Below, piece after piece: positions 34,357-47,645 of a stretch of 64,000 nt of DNA. How positions within the stretch are numbered: the stretch's first letter is position 1; the number at the start of each line of letters is the position of its first letter. The notes below the pieces were generated by a model. It made no database searches, was not told where the DNA came from, and saw only the letters and a list, made by a program, of their open reading frames with translations. The position numbers and the translations under genes were made by a program. This DNA is from Piromyces finnis finn (Eukaryota > Fungi > Neocallimastigomycota): the NCBI GenBank assembly GCA_002104945.1, contig MCFH01000002.1, forward strand, positions 496,001 through 560,000. The letters are read 5' to 3'.

Positions 34357-35686
34357 CTAATGATTATTAGTATTATAAATACCTTTATCTTCTAAAATGC
34401 CATCTTCTTTATCTTCCTCGTCGTCAGTATCGGTTTCATCATCTTGTGTTATGTCTTCTGTTAATTCATCTAATGCTTTTATCCATTCATATTTCTTTCC
34501 TTCTCTATTTTGCTTTATACTATATAATATTTCATCAGCTGATACTAATAATGTATGGAATTGTTTTTTTCTTAAGTTAATAGTTTCTTCATAATACATA
34601 TGTTCTTTTTCTAACATTTCAATTTGTTTATTTAATGAATCCATATGTCTTGAAATATTTAATGTTAAAAAGAAACAATAATGAAAAGTATTACAATATT
34701 ATTAAATTTGAATTTTTAATTTATATTATTTTATTATTATTTAATAAACTATTATTAATATACTTTTGAATTTGACTTCTTGAAGAATATTTATTTATAT
34801 TTCTTGCCATTTCATCATATTCCAATTTATTCTTTCTTTCTTCCTTTGATTGATCGAGCTGTCTTTTCAATTCTTCAATTTCCGCTTTACCTTGAATTAT
34901 TCTTTGTTCTTAAATTATATATATATTTTAAATAAAGATTCAATATATTGAATAAATTGAATAAATACTAATTTCATCCAAAAACGATAACTAATATTTT
35001 CTAATTAATTAGCAATATTTACGAATATTTTTTGTTTTTTCCATGTATTCTTTAACCTCCTTATTGTTCATTTCATATATTTGCTTAGATCTGTGTAAAT
35101 TTATTTCCAAGGTTTCTATCATAATTAAAAGAGATTCTAGTGATGTATTCCTTTTTTTTTTTTTTTTTTTAAATAAGTTTTCAAGTTTTCATTTCATTAA
35201 TATATATTATACATTAAAGAAAACAAAATGCAAAAAAGTAGAAGAAAAATAAATAAATAGGGAATAATTTATTTATTTATAAGTTATATGGCATTTTATA
35301 TCCATTTGAAAGAATTAATTATCTTTTTAATTATTATTATTATTATTATTATTATTTTTTCATTCATATATTTTTTTTTATTTGAATAAAACAAAAGAAT
35401 TGTACCATTCTTCTCGTGATGCTGATTTATACTGTGAAATTAATGTATTAAATTTTTTTATTATTCTTTTTAAAGGTCTTTCTTCAATGGCTAATCTATT
35501 CCTAATATTTTGTTCTTAAAATTAATTTAATAATAATAATAATAATAATAAAAGATAAGAAAGAATAAATAAGTATACAAATATATAATATAAATATAAT
35601 ATAAACTTTAATAATACATATTCATTTATCAGTAAATAAAATAATATTGTTTTTCATAAAAAATTGAATTTCATACCTTCATCCAT
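34357..35686 (-). CDS. THOC7: THO complex subunit 7 (THOC7/Mft1 family); at least 5 exons
   Basis: Spliced, it reads MDE|EQNIRNRLAIEERPLKRIIKKFN ... KNKLEYDEMARNINKYSSR ... INLRKKQFHTLL, followed by an acidic tail. The 3' end could involve one more intron after GTATTT near 34381. Confidence 0.85.
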
Positions 35687-36177
35687 TTTTCAATTTTATT
35701 GTACTTTTTTATAAATTATTTTTAAAAATTTAAATATTTTTCTTTTTTATAAAAATTTATTAAATATTTGGAAAAAAAAATTTTTAATTATAATTATTTA
35801 TTATTTTATAATTTTTATTACTTTGTTTTATTGAAATTAAAATATAAAAATAATACAAATTGTCAATTTATTGTTATGATATAATTTTTACTTCACTTTG
35901 AAATATACGAAATGATAAAGTATAATAGAAAAGAAAAGTATACATAAATACTGAAAAGAATAAATTAATTTAAAATAAATAAATAATAATATTAATAATA
36001 ATAAAAAAAAAGAAATAATTAAAAAAGTTCTAACATGTAATTTTTATTATTTTTTTGTTTAATTTTTGATATTTATTATATTTGAAATATATTTGAAGAA
36101 TTCTTTCCCTTTTCCTTTCTCCTTTCTTTCTTTCTTTCTTTCTTTTTCTTTTCTTCTTTCTTTTGAAACTACCATCT

Positions 36178-38639
36178 TTAATTATTTTTTTTGCTCTTCT
36201 TCTTCTTTTTCTTATTCTTCTTCTTATTTTTATTATTCTGGTTTGTAACATTGGAATCAACTATTGAGTTATTATCTTCCAGTGATTCTTCTGCAGACTC
36301 AACTGAAATTTCACCTTCTGGTTGCTCTTGCATAGATTCAACAGATTGCTCTTCTTGCTTTTCTTCTTGTGGTTGTTCTTCTTGTTTTTCTTCTTGTGGT
36401 TTTTCTTCTTCTGGTTGTTCTTGTGGTTCTTCTACAGATTTAACAGGTTGTTCTTCTTGTTTTTCTTCTTGTGGTTTTTCTTCTTCTGGTTGTTCTTCTT
36501 GTTTTTCTTCTTGTGGTTTTTCTTCTTCTGGTTGTTCTTGTGGTTCTTCTACAGATTCAACAGGTTTTTCTTGCTTTTCTTCTTCTGATTGTTCTTGTGG
36601 TTCTTCTACAGATTCAACAGGTTTTTCTTGCTTTTCTTCTTCTGATTGTTCTTGTGGTTGTTCTACAGATTTAACAGGTTGTTCTTCTTGTTTTTCTTCT
36701 TGTGGTTTTTCTACAGATTCAACAGGTTGTTCTTTTTGTTTTTCTTCTTGTGGTTTTTCTTCTTCTGGTTGTTCTTCTTCTGGTTGTTCTTGTGGTTCTT
36801 CTACAGATTTAACAGGTTGTTCTTCTTGTTTTTCTTTTTCTGGTTGTTCTTCTTCTGGTTGTTCTTGTGGTTCTTCTACAGATTTAACAGGTTGTTCTTC
36901 TTGTTTTTCTTCTTGTGGTTTTTCTTCTTCTGGTTGTTCTTGTGGTTCTACTACAGATTTAACAGGTTGTTCTTCTTGTTTTTCTTCTTGTGGTTTTTCT
37001 TCTTCTGGTTGTTCTTGTGGTTCTTCTACAGATTCAACAGGTTGTTTTTCTTGCTTTTCTTCTTTATCCTCTGAACTTATGGCTTCAGTTTTTTCTTGTC
37101 CTTCAAGATTTACCTTAACCTCATTATTAATATTTGTAATAGCATTCTCTAATAAACCACTTTTTTCTCTTAATTCTTCTAAGGATCTATTAAATGATTC
37201 ATTATTTTTATTTGCAATTACTTTTATCTTTTCAACATCTTCTGTTATATTTTTTTTATATAAATCTATCTTATCATTAATTTTTTTTTCAACACTATCA
37301 TTTGTTTCTGACATTTGTTGTTTCAATAATTTTATTTCATTATCAATTTTCTCTTCAACATTAATATTTGTTTCTGACATTTGTTGTTTTAATAATTTTG
37401 TTTCGTTGTCGATTTTTTCTTCAACATTAATATTTGTTTCTGACATTTGTTGTTTCAATAATTTTATTTCATTATCAATTTTCTCTTCAACATTAATATT
37501 TGTTTCTGACATTTGTTGTTTTAATAATTTTGTTTCATTGTCGATTTTTTCTTCAACATTAATATTTGTTTCTGACATTTGTTGTTTCAATAATTTTATT
37601 TCATTATCAATTTTCTCTTCAACATTAATATTTGTTTCTGACATTTGTTGTTTCAATAATTTTGTTTCATTATCAATTTTTTCTTCAATAACATTATTTG
37701 TTTCTGAAAATTTTTGTTTCAATGATTTCATTTCATTATCAATTTTATTTTCAAGATTAGTTATAGTATTATTAAATTTCTGGTTCATTTCATTCTTTGA
37801 AGATTCTTCAGAGAATTTATAGTCATTAATATCTTTTTGCATATTTTTAATATTACGCTTTAATTCATTAACATCTTCTTCAAGTTTTTTTAAATAATTT
37901 TTAATATCGAGGATTCTAACATCATTGTCTTTTTTATTCATTGTGATTGATTCTTCAATTTCTAATAATTTTTTATTGTTAATTTCTGTGTAATTATTGA
38001 ATTTTCTTTTAAACTCATTTAATGATGTATTGAAAAAGTATGAATATAAAAATAACAAAACCTTTACATTTTTTTCAATTCTATCATATTTTTTGGAAAG
38101 GGTAATTGTAAATTCATTATTTTTTTCACCTAATGTATTTGTAAATTCACAATTTCTTTTAGCTAATTTATTAGTAAATTTATCAACACTTTCATAAAGT
38201 TTTTTAGTTTCTGCATGATATTTTTCATTTCTATTTTCGTTACTTTCATGCATTTCTTTGAGTTGATATTCAATATTCTTAAAATCAAGTTGATTACAAT
38301 TATGAATATTCAATTTTTTGTTAAAATCATCCTTTACCTCTTGTATGTTCTTTTTTTGTGAATTTTGAGCTTCCTCCAATATTTGAATTTTTTTATTTAT
38401 TTCCTTAATATACTTCTTATTATTTTCTTCCTTTAATCTTTCTTCTTCCTTTCTTTCAATTGAATTTCTTTTATTTAATCTTACATTTCTAATTTTGCTG
38501 AAAATTAATAATATATATAAAAAATAATCGATAAAAGTGTAACAATTCTAATGATTGATCTTATATATGAGATATCCAAAATAGTGATTAAATTTTTTAC
38601 GGATAGAGATAATGAACCTCTATACTTCTCTGAATCCAT
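36178..38639 (-). CDS. Unknown coiled-coil protein with 22-aa tandem repeats and a Glu/Gln/Pro/Lys-rich repeat region
   Basis: ORF 36178-38379 stays open upstream to about 38500. The ATG at 38639 joins either through a GT-AG intron or through a 1-nt frameshift in an A6 run at 38519-38524. The start is uncertain. Confidence 0.7.
36300..37075 (-). repeat. Coding E/Q/P/K-rich degenerate repeat
   Basis: Recurrent modules EEQPVKSVEEPQEQPEEEKPQEEKQ. Confidence 0.9.
37300..37690 (-). repeat. 66-bp (22-aa) coding tandem repeat, about 6 units
   Basis: EEKIDNE[T/I]KLLKQQMSETNINV units, with T and I variants alternating. Confidence 0.92.
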
Positions 38640-39823
38640 TTTCTTTATTGTAAATATACCTTTTATTTAAATCTCAATCAAATTTCTAATCAATACAAAT
38701 AAATATATTTAAAAAAAATAAATAAAATGAAAGAATGCTTAGTAAACAATTTAATTTATATTAATTCTTTATTTTATTAAAATACGTATTATTTTTGTAC
38801 ATTACAAAAACTATATACAATTATTTTTCATAGCTTTGTAGATTAGAATATTTTCAGAATGTATATGGATATCATAACAAAATAAAATGATTGGTTAGTA
38901 TTTTATATACCATATTAATATTACTGAATAGGTTTTTAAAAAAATTTTTTTTTATTAATACCCATTGTTTATTGTTTGAAAGGTCATTAATAATGTTATA
39001 TTTATATTATTTTATTAAAAAAGTTCTAATTTATTTTATATTTATTTATTGTTTAAAGTAATTGGAAAATAATTGTTTTTTTATTTTACATTCAATCCTA
39101 TAATATAATTATAAAAAAAATATATATATAAATTTAATATATAAGACTTATTATAACATGAAAATTAGCTTCCATATTTAGTATTTTTTATTAATATTGA
39201 ATGAATTTTGATATTATTTAATTAATTTTCAAATAAATTGATAATATACAAATTATATATTAAAATAAAAATCAATACATTTTTATAATGTATATGATAT
39301 TATGATTAATATAAATACTATTTATTATAAAATTTCAAATAAAGTTTACATTATTTTTTATAGATTATTATATAAATAAACTTAAAACAAAAACTTAAAA
39401 AAATATTTTCTATATAGAATTAAATATAATAACTATTAATTTTATTATATATTATTGTACATTAGTTGTTTAATACCTAATATAACTAATAATAGATACA
39501 ATACATCTACTAATCTACAATTTGTATTATAAAAATAATCTTTGTTATTAATTAGGTATATTTTTAAAATAATTAGTTTTTATTTATTTTTATTTATTAT
39601 ATATAATATTATAGTATTTTGAACTTTTTCTTTAACTTTGTTATTCTTTGTAATTATATTATTTATTCATTTTTCCAATTTAAAAGATATAATATTTTAT
39701 TATCTTTTTAATTATTATCCCCTTTTTTTCTTTTCTTTCTTTCTTTTTTTTTTTAGTATTATTTTATATTTTGAAACACACTTTTTTAAAAACATATAGA
39801 ATAAAAATAGCATCAAAAACAAA

Positions 39824-39854
<31 letters not shown>

Positions 39855-41334
39855 AAACAAAACAAAAAAGAAGAAAAAGAAGAAAAAAATAGAATAAATA
39901 ATTACCTAAATAACATATATCTATATTTATATATATATATAAGAAGAAGAAAAAAAAAAAAAAAAAAAAAAAATCTATTGTTTATATATTGAATAAAATA
40001 AAAGAGAAAAATGCTTTCTTTTTGTTTTATTTAAAATTTTATAGTACATTAGATTTATTTTAAAAGAATAATAGACTTTATTTATAATAAAAAAAATTAA
40101 GAGTAAATATTTTTTTAGATCCTTTTATAAATTATAAATATATTTAAAATAAAATAAAAGAAATAGAGAAAATAAATAACGAAAATAAACCAAGCAACAC
40201 AAATAATAATAGTAATAATAAATTAAATAACAACAATACTAACAACAAAAATAATAATAGTATTGAAAAGATAAAATAAATATGATAGATAAACATTAAG
40301 AGTAATTTACTTATTACATTAAGTAGTATTATTGAGATATTATATATATATAAAAGCTTAATGAATTAAATAATACGTAAATAATATAAAAAACGAATTA
40401 TGTTTTAAATAAATATATTAAAATAAAACAATAAATAGATTTTTTATTATTATATATAGATATATAAAAGAATTATGAAGATTTAATATTTATATTCAAC
40501 AATAAAAACAAATATTATTTAAAATATATTTTTAATATCATAATCAATATAAGAAATTATTTTATATAAAATAAAAAGTAATATTTTGTTTATTTAATTA
40601 CAATATAAGATATTATTGGATTATATAATTTTAATGTGACATATTTGAATTAGTGAATAATAAACAAACCATTATATTTTTTAATAAGATATTATGAAAT
40701 ATATAAAAACCTTTTTTATTATGTTTTAAAAAATATATACTAATTAATCTTCAATAATTTAAAAATATTTTTTTAGAAATATTAAATATCAATGTTTGAA
40801 ATAAAACTTGGAATAAATATATAAACAAGAAATTGAGAATATTTTATATAATTTAAATAAATAAAAGTAAATAAACGATAACATAAGTTTAAATGAAAAT
40901 TGTATTTCCTATTAACAATGTTCATTCTAATATTTTAATTAATTTTATTTATATATCATTTTATTAAATATTATATATATATATATCATAAAAGTAAAAA
41001 TAACAAATTGGAAAAGTGGATAAGTTATTACTACCTTTTTCTTTTTGTTTATTTATTTTGAATAATTCTATACCCTTGATAACGATACCAATTATATTAT
41101 TTTAAAGTATACCATAAGCAAAAAGCTGTATATATTTTTAAAATAACAACTAATTTATATAGAGACAATTATACAATATTTACAATTATTACAATTTATA
41201 AGTATCAAATGTAAGTGAAATAAATGAAAAATTAATTTTAGATAAATATATTATTAATAACAATATATATACAAACATAGTATTAATATACTAATATTAA
41301 TATTTTAATAAAAAAGTTATTTTATAATTTTAAA

Positions 41335-44300
41335 ATGGAACATAATATGGATAATGTTGTAACTTCAACGTTCTGTTTGCCAGTTCGTGTTCATCGTGGA
41401 ATTCAGACGAATGGCTTAGATGCGAAACAATATATAACAGATATTGTAAGTCAGTTATGTGAAGAGTCTATACAAAAGTATAAATGTCAAATAATGTATT
41501 CACAGCTAGAAAGTTCACCTACAATTTCAAATTTAAGAGCAAAAAATGATTATTTTGACTTTAATTATAGCATAAGTATAAGTGGTCAGTTAGATCAAGT
41601 ATTACAAGCTAGAGGAAATATATTAAGGAATAGTCCTTCACAAGTAATTACTAAAATTTAAATTATTTATTTTATAAATATTATAAAAATTCATACAATA
41701 TCAATGAACTAATATTTTCTGTTAATATTATTTATATTTGATTTTTCTTGAAAGGTTGTATCAACTCTTTATATTGAACGTTGGTTACTTTTAAATAAAA
41801 ATGAGGAAATTAAATCATCAATTAATGAGAAACTTCAAGAAATTATGCAACAAACAAATGCAACTATCGTAATTGATTATAATAAAAATGATAAAGTAAA
41901 ACCTCCTCCAGGTTTAGGATCAGATTCAATTAAAATTGATATCTTAGGTCAATGGGAAAATGTTGAGAAAGCTAGATTGAAATGCTTGGTTTATTTTGAT
42001 GAATTGGTAATATTACAGTTTATTATTAATAATGTCATATATTATATTAAAATTACTATAAATTTTTAAAATATTAATTACAAAAATTATTTTTTATAAT
42101 TTTGAATTTAAGAGTGGATTTACCGTTTGTTATGTTGATATTGATCCAAAATTACATTATATTTTAGCTGGTCGTAAAAGGGAAACTTTAAATGAAATTA
42201 TGAATGAAACATCGACAAACATTTATATACCATTTCCACTTATAAGTAATTCGAATGCCAAATCACATTCAGTTGTTGTTGGTGATCCACCATCTCATAA
42301 TAATCAGAACGATACTAATTCTCAAGCAATCATTTTTATTACTGGTCCACATCAAGATCAAGTTGATATAGCAAAAAAGGAACTTTTAAATTTAGCTGTT
42401 AAAAAGGTTAATATATATATAATAATTAAAATATACTATAGAAATAACTAATTTCTTTTTTTTATATATAGAAATTATCTGTTGCATCAAGACATGTTAA
42501 GTGTTTACCAAGAAAAATTGATTGGATGTTAATTAGTAAAAGAGATGCATTGAAAAAAATTATGCAAGATAATGCTACTTTTATTGAATTTCCTCCAATT
42601 GGTTCATCAAATGATACCATTTTTGTTTATGGTGATGAACGAGTATTTGTCGAGCGTACAATTCGTTCTATCATGCTTTTAGTAAGTATTATTATAATTT
42701 AAATATAAATAAAAATAATTTCAATAATCATAATTCATTTTTTTATAAATACAAAATTATTTAGACATGCAATTATTATAAAGCAACTGTAAAGTTATTA
42801 CATCCAATACCATATTCTCAATCAAATGTAATACCAAATCAATCTTTAAATAATAATAAAGGATTGATTCAAAATAATATCCAACAACTAAACTCCACAT
42901 TGAAACAATTATGTCAAATCACTAGAGCTGAAATCATATTTAGTAATCAATATGTAAAAATTTATGGCTTAGAATCAGCTGTTAAAAATGCATACCGACA
43001 ATTAATGGAATCTTCTCTCTTGAAGGTATATATATGATTATTTATGAAATATAATATAATAAATAAAATATTTAACATAAAAAATTATATTTAAGAATCA
43101 TACCCAAGAATCTATATTCCAATTGGAATTGGCATTAGAACAACGTGATTACATCAATGGAAAGAAAAATGGAAAGATTAACAAAATTATAAAGTCCTCT
43201 GCATGTAAAATTACTTTCCAAGAATATAATGGTTATAATATGTTGATTGACTTATGTAATCAATACCCAACCAAAGCTTTGGAAGGATTGGCCATGCTTG
43301 AAGTAAATTAAAAGTAGTATAATATTTTTTAACAAGAATCATTTATTAATATTGTATTTTTTTTTAGGATGAAATACCAGCAGAATTATCATTCTATATA
43401 CCTGAATCTTACCATAAAAGAATCATTGGTGTTGGAGGTAAAAATATACAAAGAATTATGAAAAAATTTGGAGTATATGTAAAGTTTTCAAATGCTGAGG
43501 AATTTAAAGAGTTAGGGGGATATTTTGAAAATAATGATAACGTCATTGCTAGAACCCCTTCAAAGAATTCTTCTAATTTGGAAAGCTTAAAACAGGCTAT
43601 TTTAGAACTTGTTAATCCAAATAAGGTAATTATTTTATTAAATAATGCTAATTTTATAATTTTATATATTAAGAAAATAAACATATTAAAGTAATTTTTA
43701 ATATTTATCTAAATATAGGAAAAGAAAGATATTACTATTACTACAAGAATTCCTCGTCAATTCCATTCCTATGTTGCCGGAAAGAATGCTTATAATATTA
43801 ATAACATTGAAAAAGAATATAAAGTAAAAATTAATTTTCCAGAAAAGGAATCCGGTTCCAATAATATTGAAATAACAGGTAGTGAGCTTCAAGTTAATAA
43901 AGCTAGATATGCTCTTCAAGTAATAAAATTTTTTTTATTATTACAATTATAAATTATTGTGAAAATAACTTAATTTTAAATATTGAATAATATTTAATTT
44001 ATTAATATAAATTGATATTAGGAATTAATACCTGAAGTTTATGATATTCATATCAACAATGTTGATGTTGTGAGGAATATTATCAATTCTGAAGAGTTTA
44101 GCGATATTATAATTAATAGCTTAGACAAATATGATATGAAATTATTCTATTATTTACCTGATAACAGCAATAATGATAATGAAAATGAATGTACATTAAT
44201 TCTACAATATAGAAAAGGAAGTCCTGATTTTGAAAATGCTAGAAAACTTGTTAAAGATTATTTCACAGACAATACGGTATATTATCTTAATACAATTTTG

Positions 44301-45936
44301 AATATATTTAAAATTATATATTCTTTATAATAACTAAATAATTAAAATATTTATTTTTTATTAGAATTCTGCTGATATATATCACATTTCAAGGGTTAAT
44401 TCTTATTCTAGCATTAGTTTACAAAGAAAGAGTACTGAAAATTTAAGTTCTCTCTCAAACATTAACAATCAATCTTCATTACCATCAACTATCGGTTCAT
44501 CAATTAGTTCATCAATTAATCCAAATCCAATTAGTCAAAGTCAAATTAATCCTTTCGGTAGTAAGATTATTGAAGAAGAAAAAAGTGACAAAACACCAAC
44601 ACCATTAGCATCAATGGATTCTAAAGTTACTTATTCAGATTATAGTCTTTTTGATAATAATGTTATATATTCATTTGAATTACCATTTAAGGTATGAAAT
44701 TTTTATAAAATAATTACTTTATAAATGAATAATTATTTAATAGAAAAGATGAAAGATAATAATTATTAAAAAATGTAAATTTAATATATAAATGAAAAAA
44801 TATCTATAGAATACTAGAGCTGTTGGTTCTGCCCCAAATCTTAGAACATTCTTTGATGATAATGTAATTATTGGTAATTCTAGTCTCCAAAGAAGTCAAT
44901 CAGATATTAATAATGATTTACCTATACCAGAACAAGCAATAAGTCAAGATAATGATAATAGTATTTGGAGTAAACAAACACAGGTAAGTTTTTAAATATT
45001 AGAATAAAAAATAATATTTAAAAAAATATATATAACAAGATATGTTTTTTTTAATATAATATATAGTCAAGATATAATGGAATTCCAATGTATTCACAAA
45101 CATCAATTGAAAACCCACAAGGTATTTTTGCTCAAACATCTGATCATTTTATGCAAGCCCCAGGTAGTGGTATACCAGTGATGACTAGCAAGCATCAAGA
45201 TCAAACTACTGAAATTGAACAAAATGATCATGATCATGTAAATATATATTAATATTAGTATAATAATTAATAATTTATATTTTTTAATATATATATATAA
45301 ACTAATTTTTTTTAATAGTTCCGTGCAGAAAGTAAATTAAAGAAACCATCACCTTTACGTAATGCTACATCAACTGATATAATGTTAGATGAGGAAGAAT
45401 CTGAAACAGAAATGTTGTCTGAAAAAATGATGGAACAAATTATTGCAGATGGTAATGAATCAAGTGATATTAAGCAAATTTCCTATGTTTTAATGTCTAT
45501 TGGTTTACAACGTTATATTTCAAAATTTGTTGAACAAGAAATTGATTATAAGACATTTATTACATTAACTGATAATGATTTAAAAGAAATTGGAATTTCA
45601 ACTTTAGGTTCAAGAAAAAAGATATTGAGCGCAATTGAAGAACTTCATGGAACTATGAATTCAAATTCAAGATCACCTATACCATCATTGCAAGCTCAAA
45701 TTGAAAGTAATTCATCATTGATAAATAAAAATAAATTAAATCCTCAAATTTTACCAATCCAAAATCCATTGAATTCAATGAATAATCCATTATCAATGAG
45801 TCAAAATTTAGGTCAAAATCAAGCTCCACACCCACATATTCCATTATCTTTTATACCTCAGTCTAATAATCTAGGACCATCACATTTATCATCTATTTCA
45901 TCAAAAAGCAACAATTCAAATGTTATTTCACATTAA
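41335..45936 (+). CDS. Multi-KH-domain RNA-binding protein with C-terminal SAM domain (Bicaudal-C-like); about 13 exons
   Basis: KH loops are ILAGRKRETL, INGKKNGKINKI, IIGVGGKNIQRIM and VAGKNAYNI. The last exon has the SAM domain LMSIGLQRYISKFVEQEIDYKTFITLTDNDLKEIGISTLGSRKKILSAIEEL. Confidence 0.88.
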
Positions 45937-46919
45937 GCCTTAATAAATTCCATATATTTAAGTTTATTAATTTCACTCATTTTTATATCCATTATTTCTA
46001 GTTAATGAGTGATAAAAATAATATGATAATCAAGAAATTGAGAATTTTTTTATTAAAAAATACAAAAGGATTAACAATAATAATTTAGTACAGTTTTTAA
46101 TTAAATATAGTAAAATATTATTATTATTAGGTATTAGATACCAAGCATATAAAAAGTTAAAAACAATAATTTAGAAAATTGTATAGTCAGATTTATATTT
46201 TTAGTTAATAGTCAAATTTTCATCAGAGAAATAATTAGAAGTTTATAAAATATATATAAAAGATAAAAATATTTATTATTTATTATTTTTTATTATAATT
46301 TTATTTCTTCTATGATATTTTTTAAAATTTTTATATTATATTTTTATATTATAGTTTTAAATTTCATATTTCTTTTATTTTTTTTATAATTATTTAAATA
46401 CTTTATAGCTTAAACAGATTATTAGAATATTTTATATACACAAAAACGAAAAAAAAAAAAAAAACAAAAAAAAACAAAAAAAACGAAAAAACAAAAAAAG
46501 CAAAAAAAAAAACAAAAAAACAAAAAAACAAAAAAACGAGAAAAACAAAAAGAAAAAAAAAAAAACTAAAAAAAGCTAAAAAAAAAAAATTTTTTTCTTA
46601 TTTTCTATTATAGTGTTATACAACTATTTAATAATATTTATTTATACTTTTATTATATTTTATTCATGAGAATAATTGATTCAATAAGTATTTTTATTTA
46701 TTTATTTATTATTATTGTTGGTATTATTATTAAAATTTTTTATACTGTTGTAAAAGTTATATCTTTTATAAATTATATATATTTAAAATTATGGTTTTTT
46801 TTTAATGAAAAACTGTAGGGTTCGTTCAATGAAATATATTAATTATAATGTAAGGGTTAAAAAACTAGATTTCAATAATAATAAACATAATAAACATAAA
46901 CATAAACATAAACATAAAC

Positions 46920-46971
<52 letters not shown>

Positions 46972-47425
46972 TAGAATTAAAATAACATTAATGTAAAAAA
47001 TTGTATTTTTTTTTTTTAAAAAATATAAAACTTTGGATAAACTATTATTTTTATCTTTTATCATAGTAATAAAAGCAAAAATAAGTTTATTGGTGTTACA
47101 CAACCTAATTGATTTATAATTATATAAAAAAGTATATATATAAAAAAAAAGGTAAATTTATAGAATAGACTTTAAATTTATTTACTAATGAAATAAAATG
47201 ATTTAATTATAAAGTAGATTGGTTTTCATTTAATATTTTTTATTTTATATATTATATATTAAACTTTGGAGATAATTAAATTTCATTATAGAATATAGAA
47301 TAATTTTTATTTATTATTATTATAATTTTTTTTTTTTTTTTTTGAATTTTATAAATAGTAAATTAAACGGTTTTTTAATGGATTATATATATTTAAATGC
47401 TCAGTAAATTTATATATAAGATGAT

Positions 47426-47465
<40 letters not shown>

Positions 47466-47477
47466 TCTTATTATAAC

Positions 47478-47508
<31 letters not shown>

Positions 47509-47645
47509 TTAGTTGAAATCATTTATAAATATTAAAATTATTTAGTATAATCAATTTTCAAATAAAAATACGTATTTTACATGAATCGAATTATCAATTA
47601 GAATTAAATAAATATAAAAAGTTAGAATTAGTGAAAAATTAAAAA

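Noticed and set aside
36191-37822. 543-aa Ser/Cys-rich plus-strand ORF and nested Phe/Leu-rich ORFs
   Set aside because: These are antisense shadows of the GAA/CAA-rich repeat protein on the minus strand; the repeat lacks stops in these frames.
38700-41300. Long gene-free divergent intergenic region, including ORF 39771-39992
   Set aside because: Almost pure A/T. The ORF is homopolymer-derived, and I found no RNA gene or repeat structure.
46440-46590. A-rich tract punctuated by C/G
   Set aside because: Low-complexity poly(A)-like sequence with no TSD or element body, possibly a noisy consensus.
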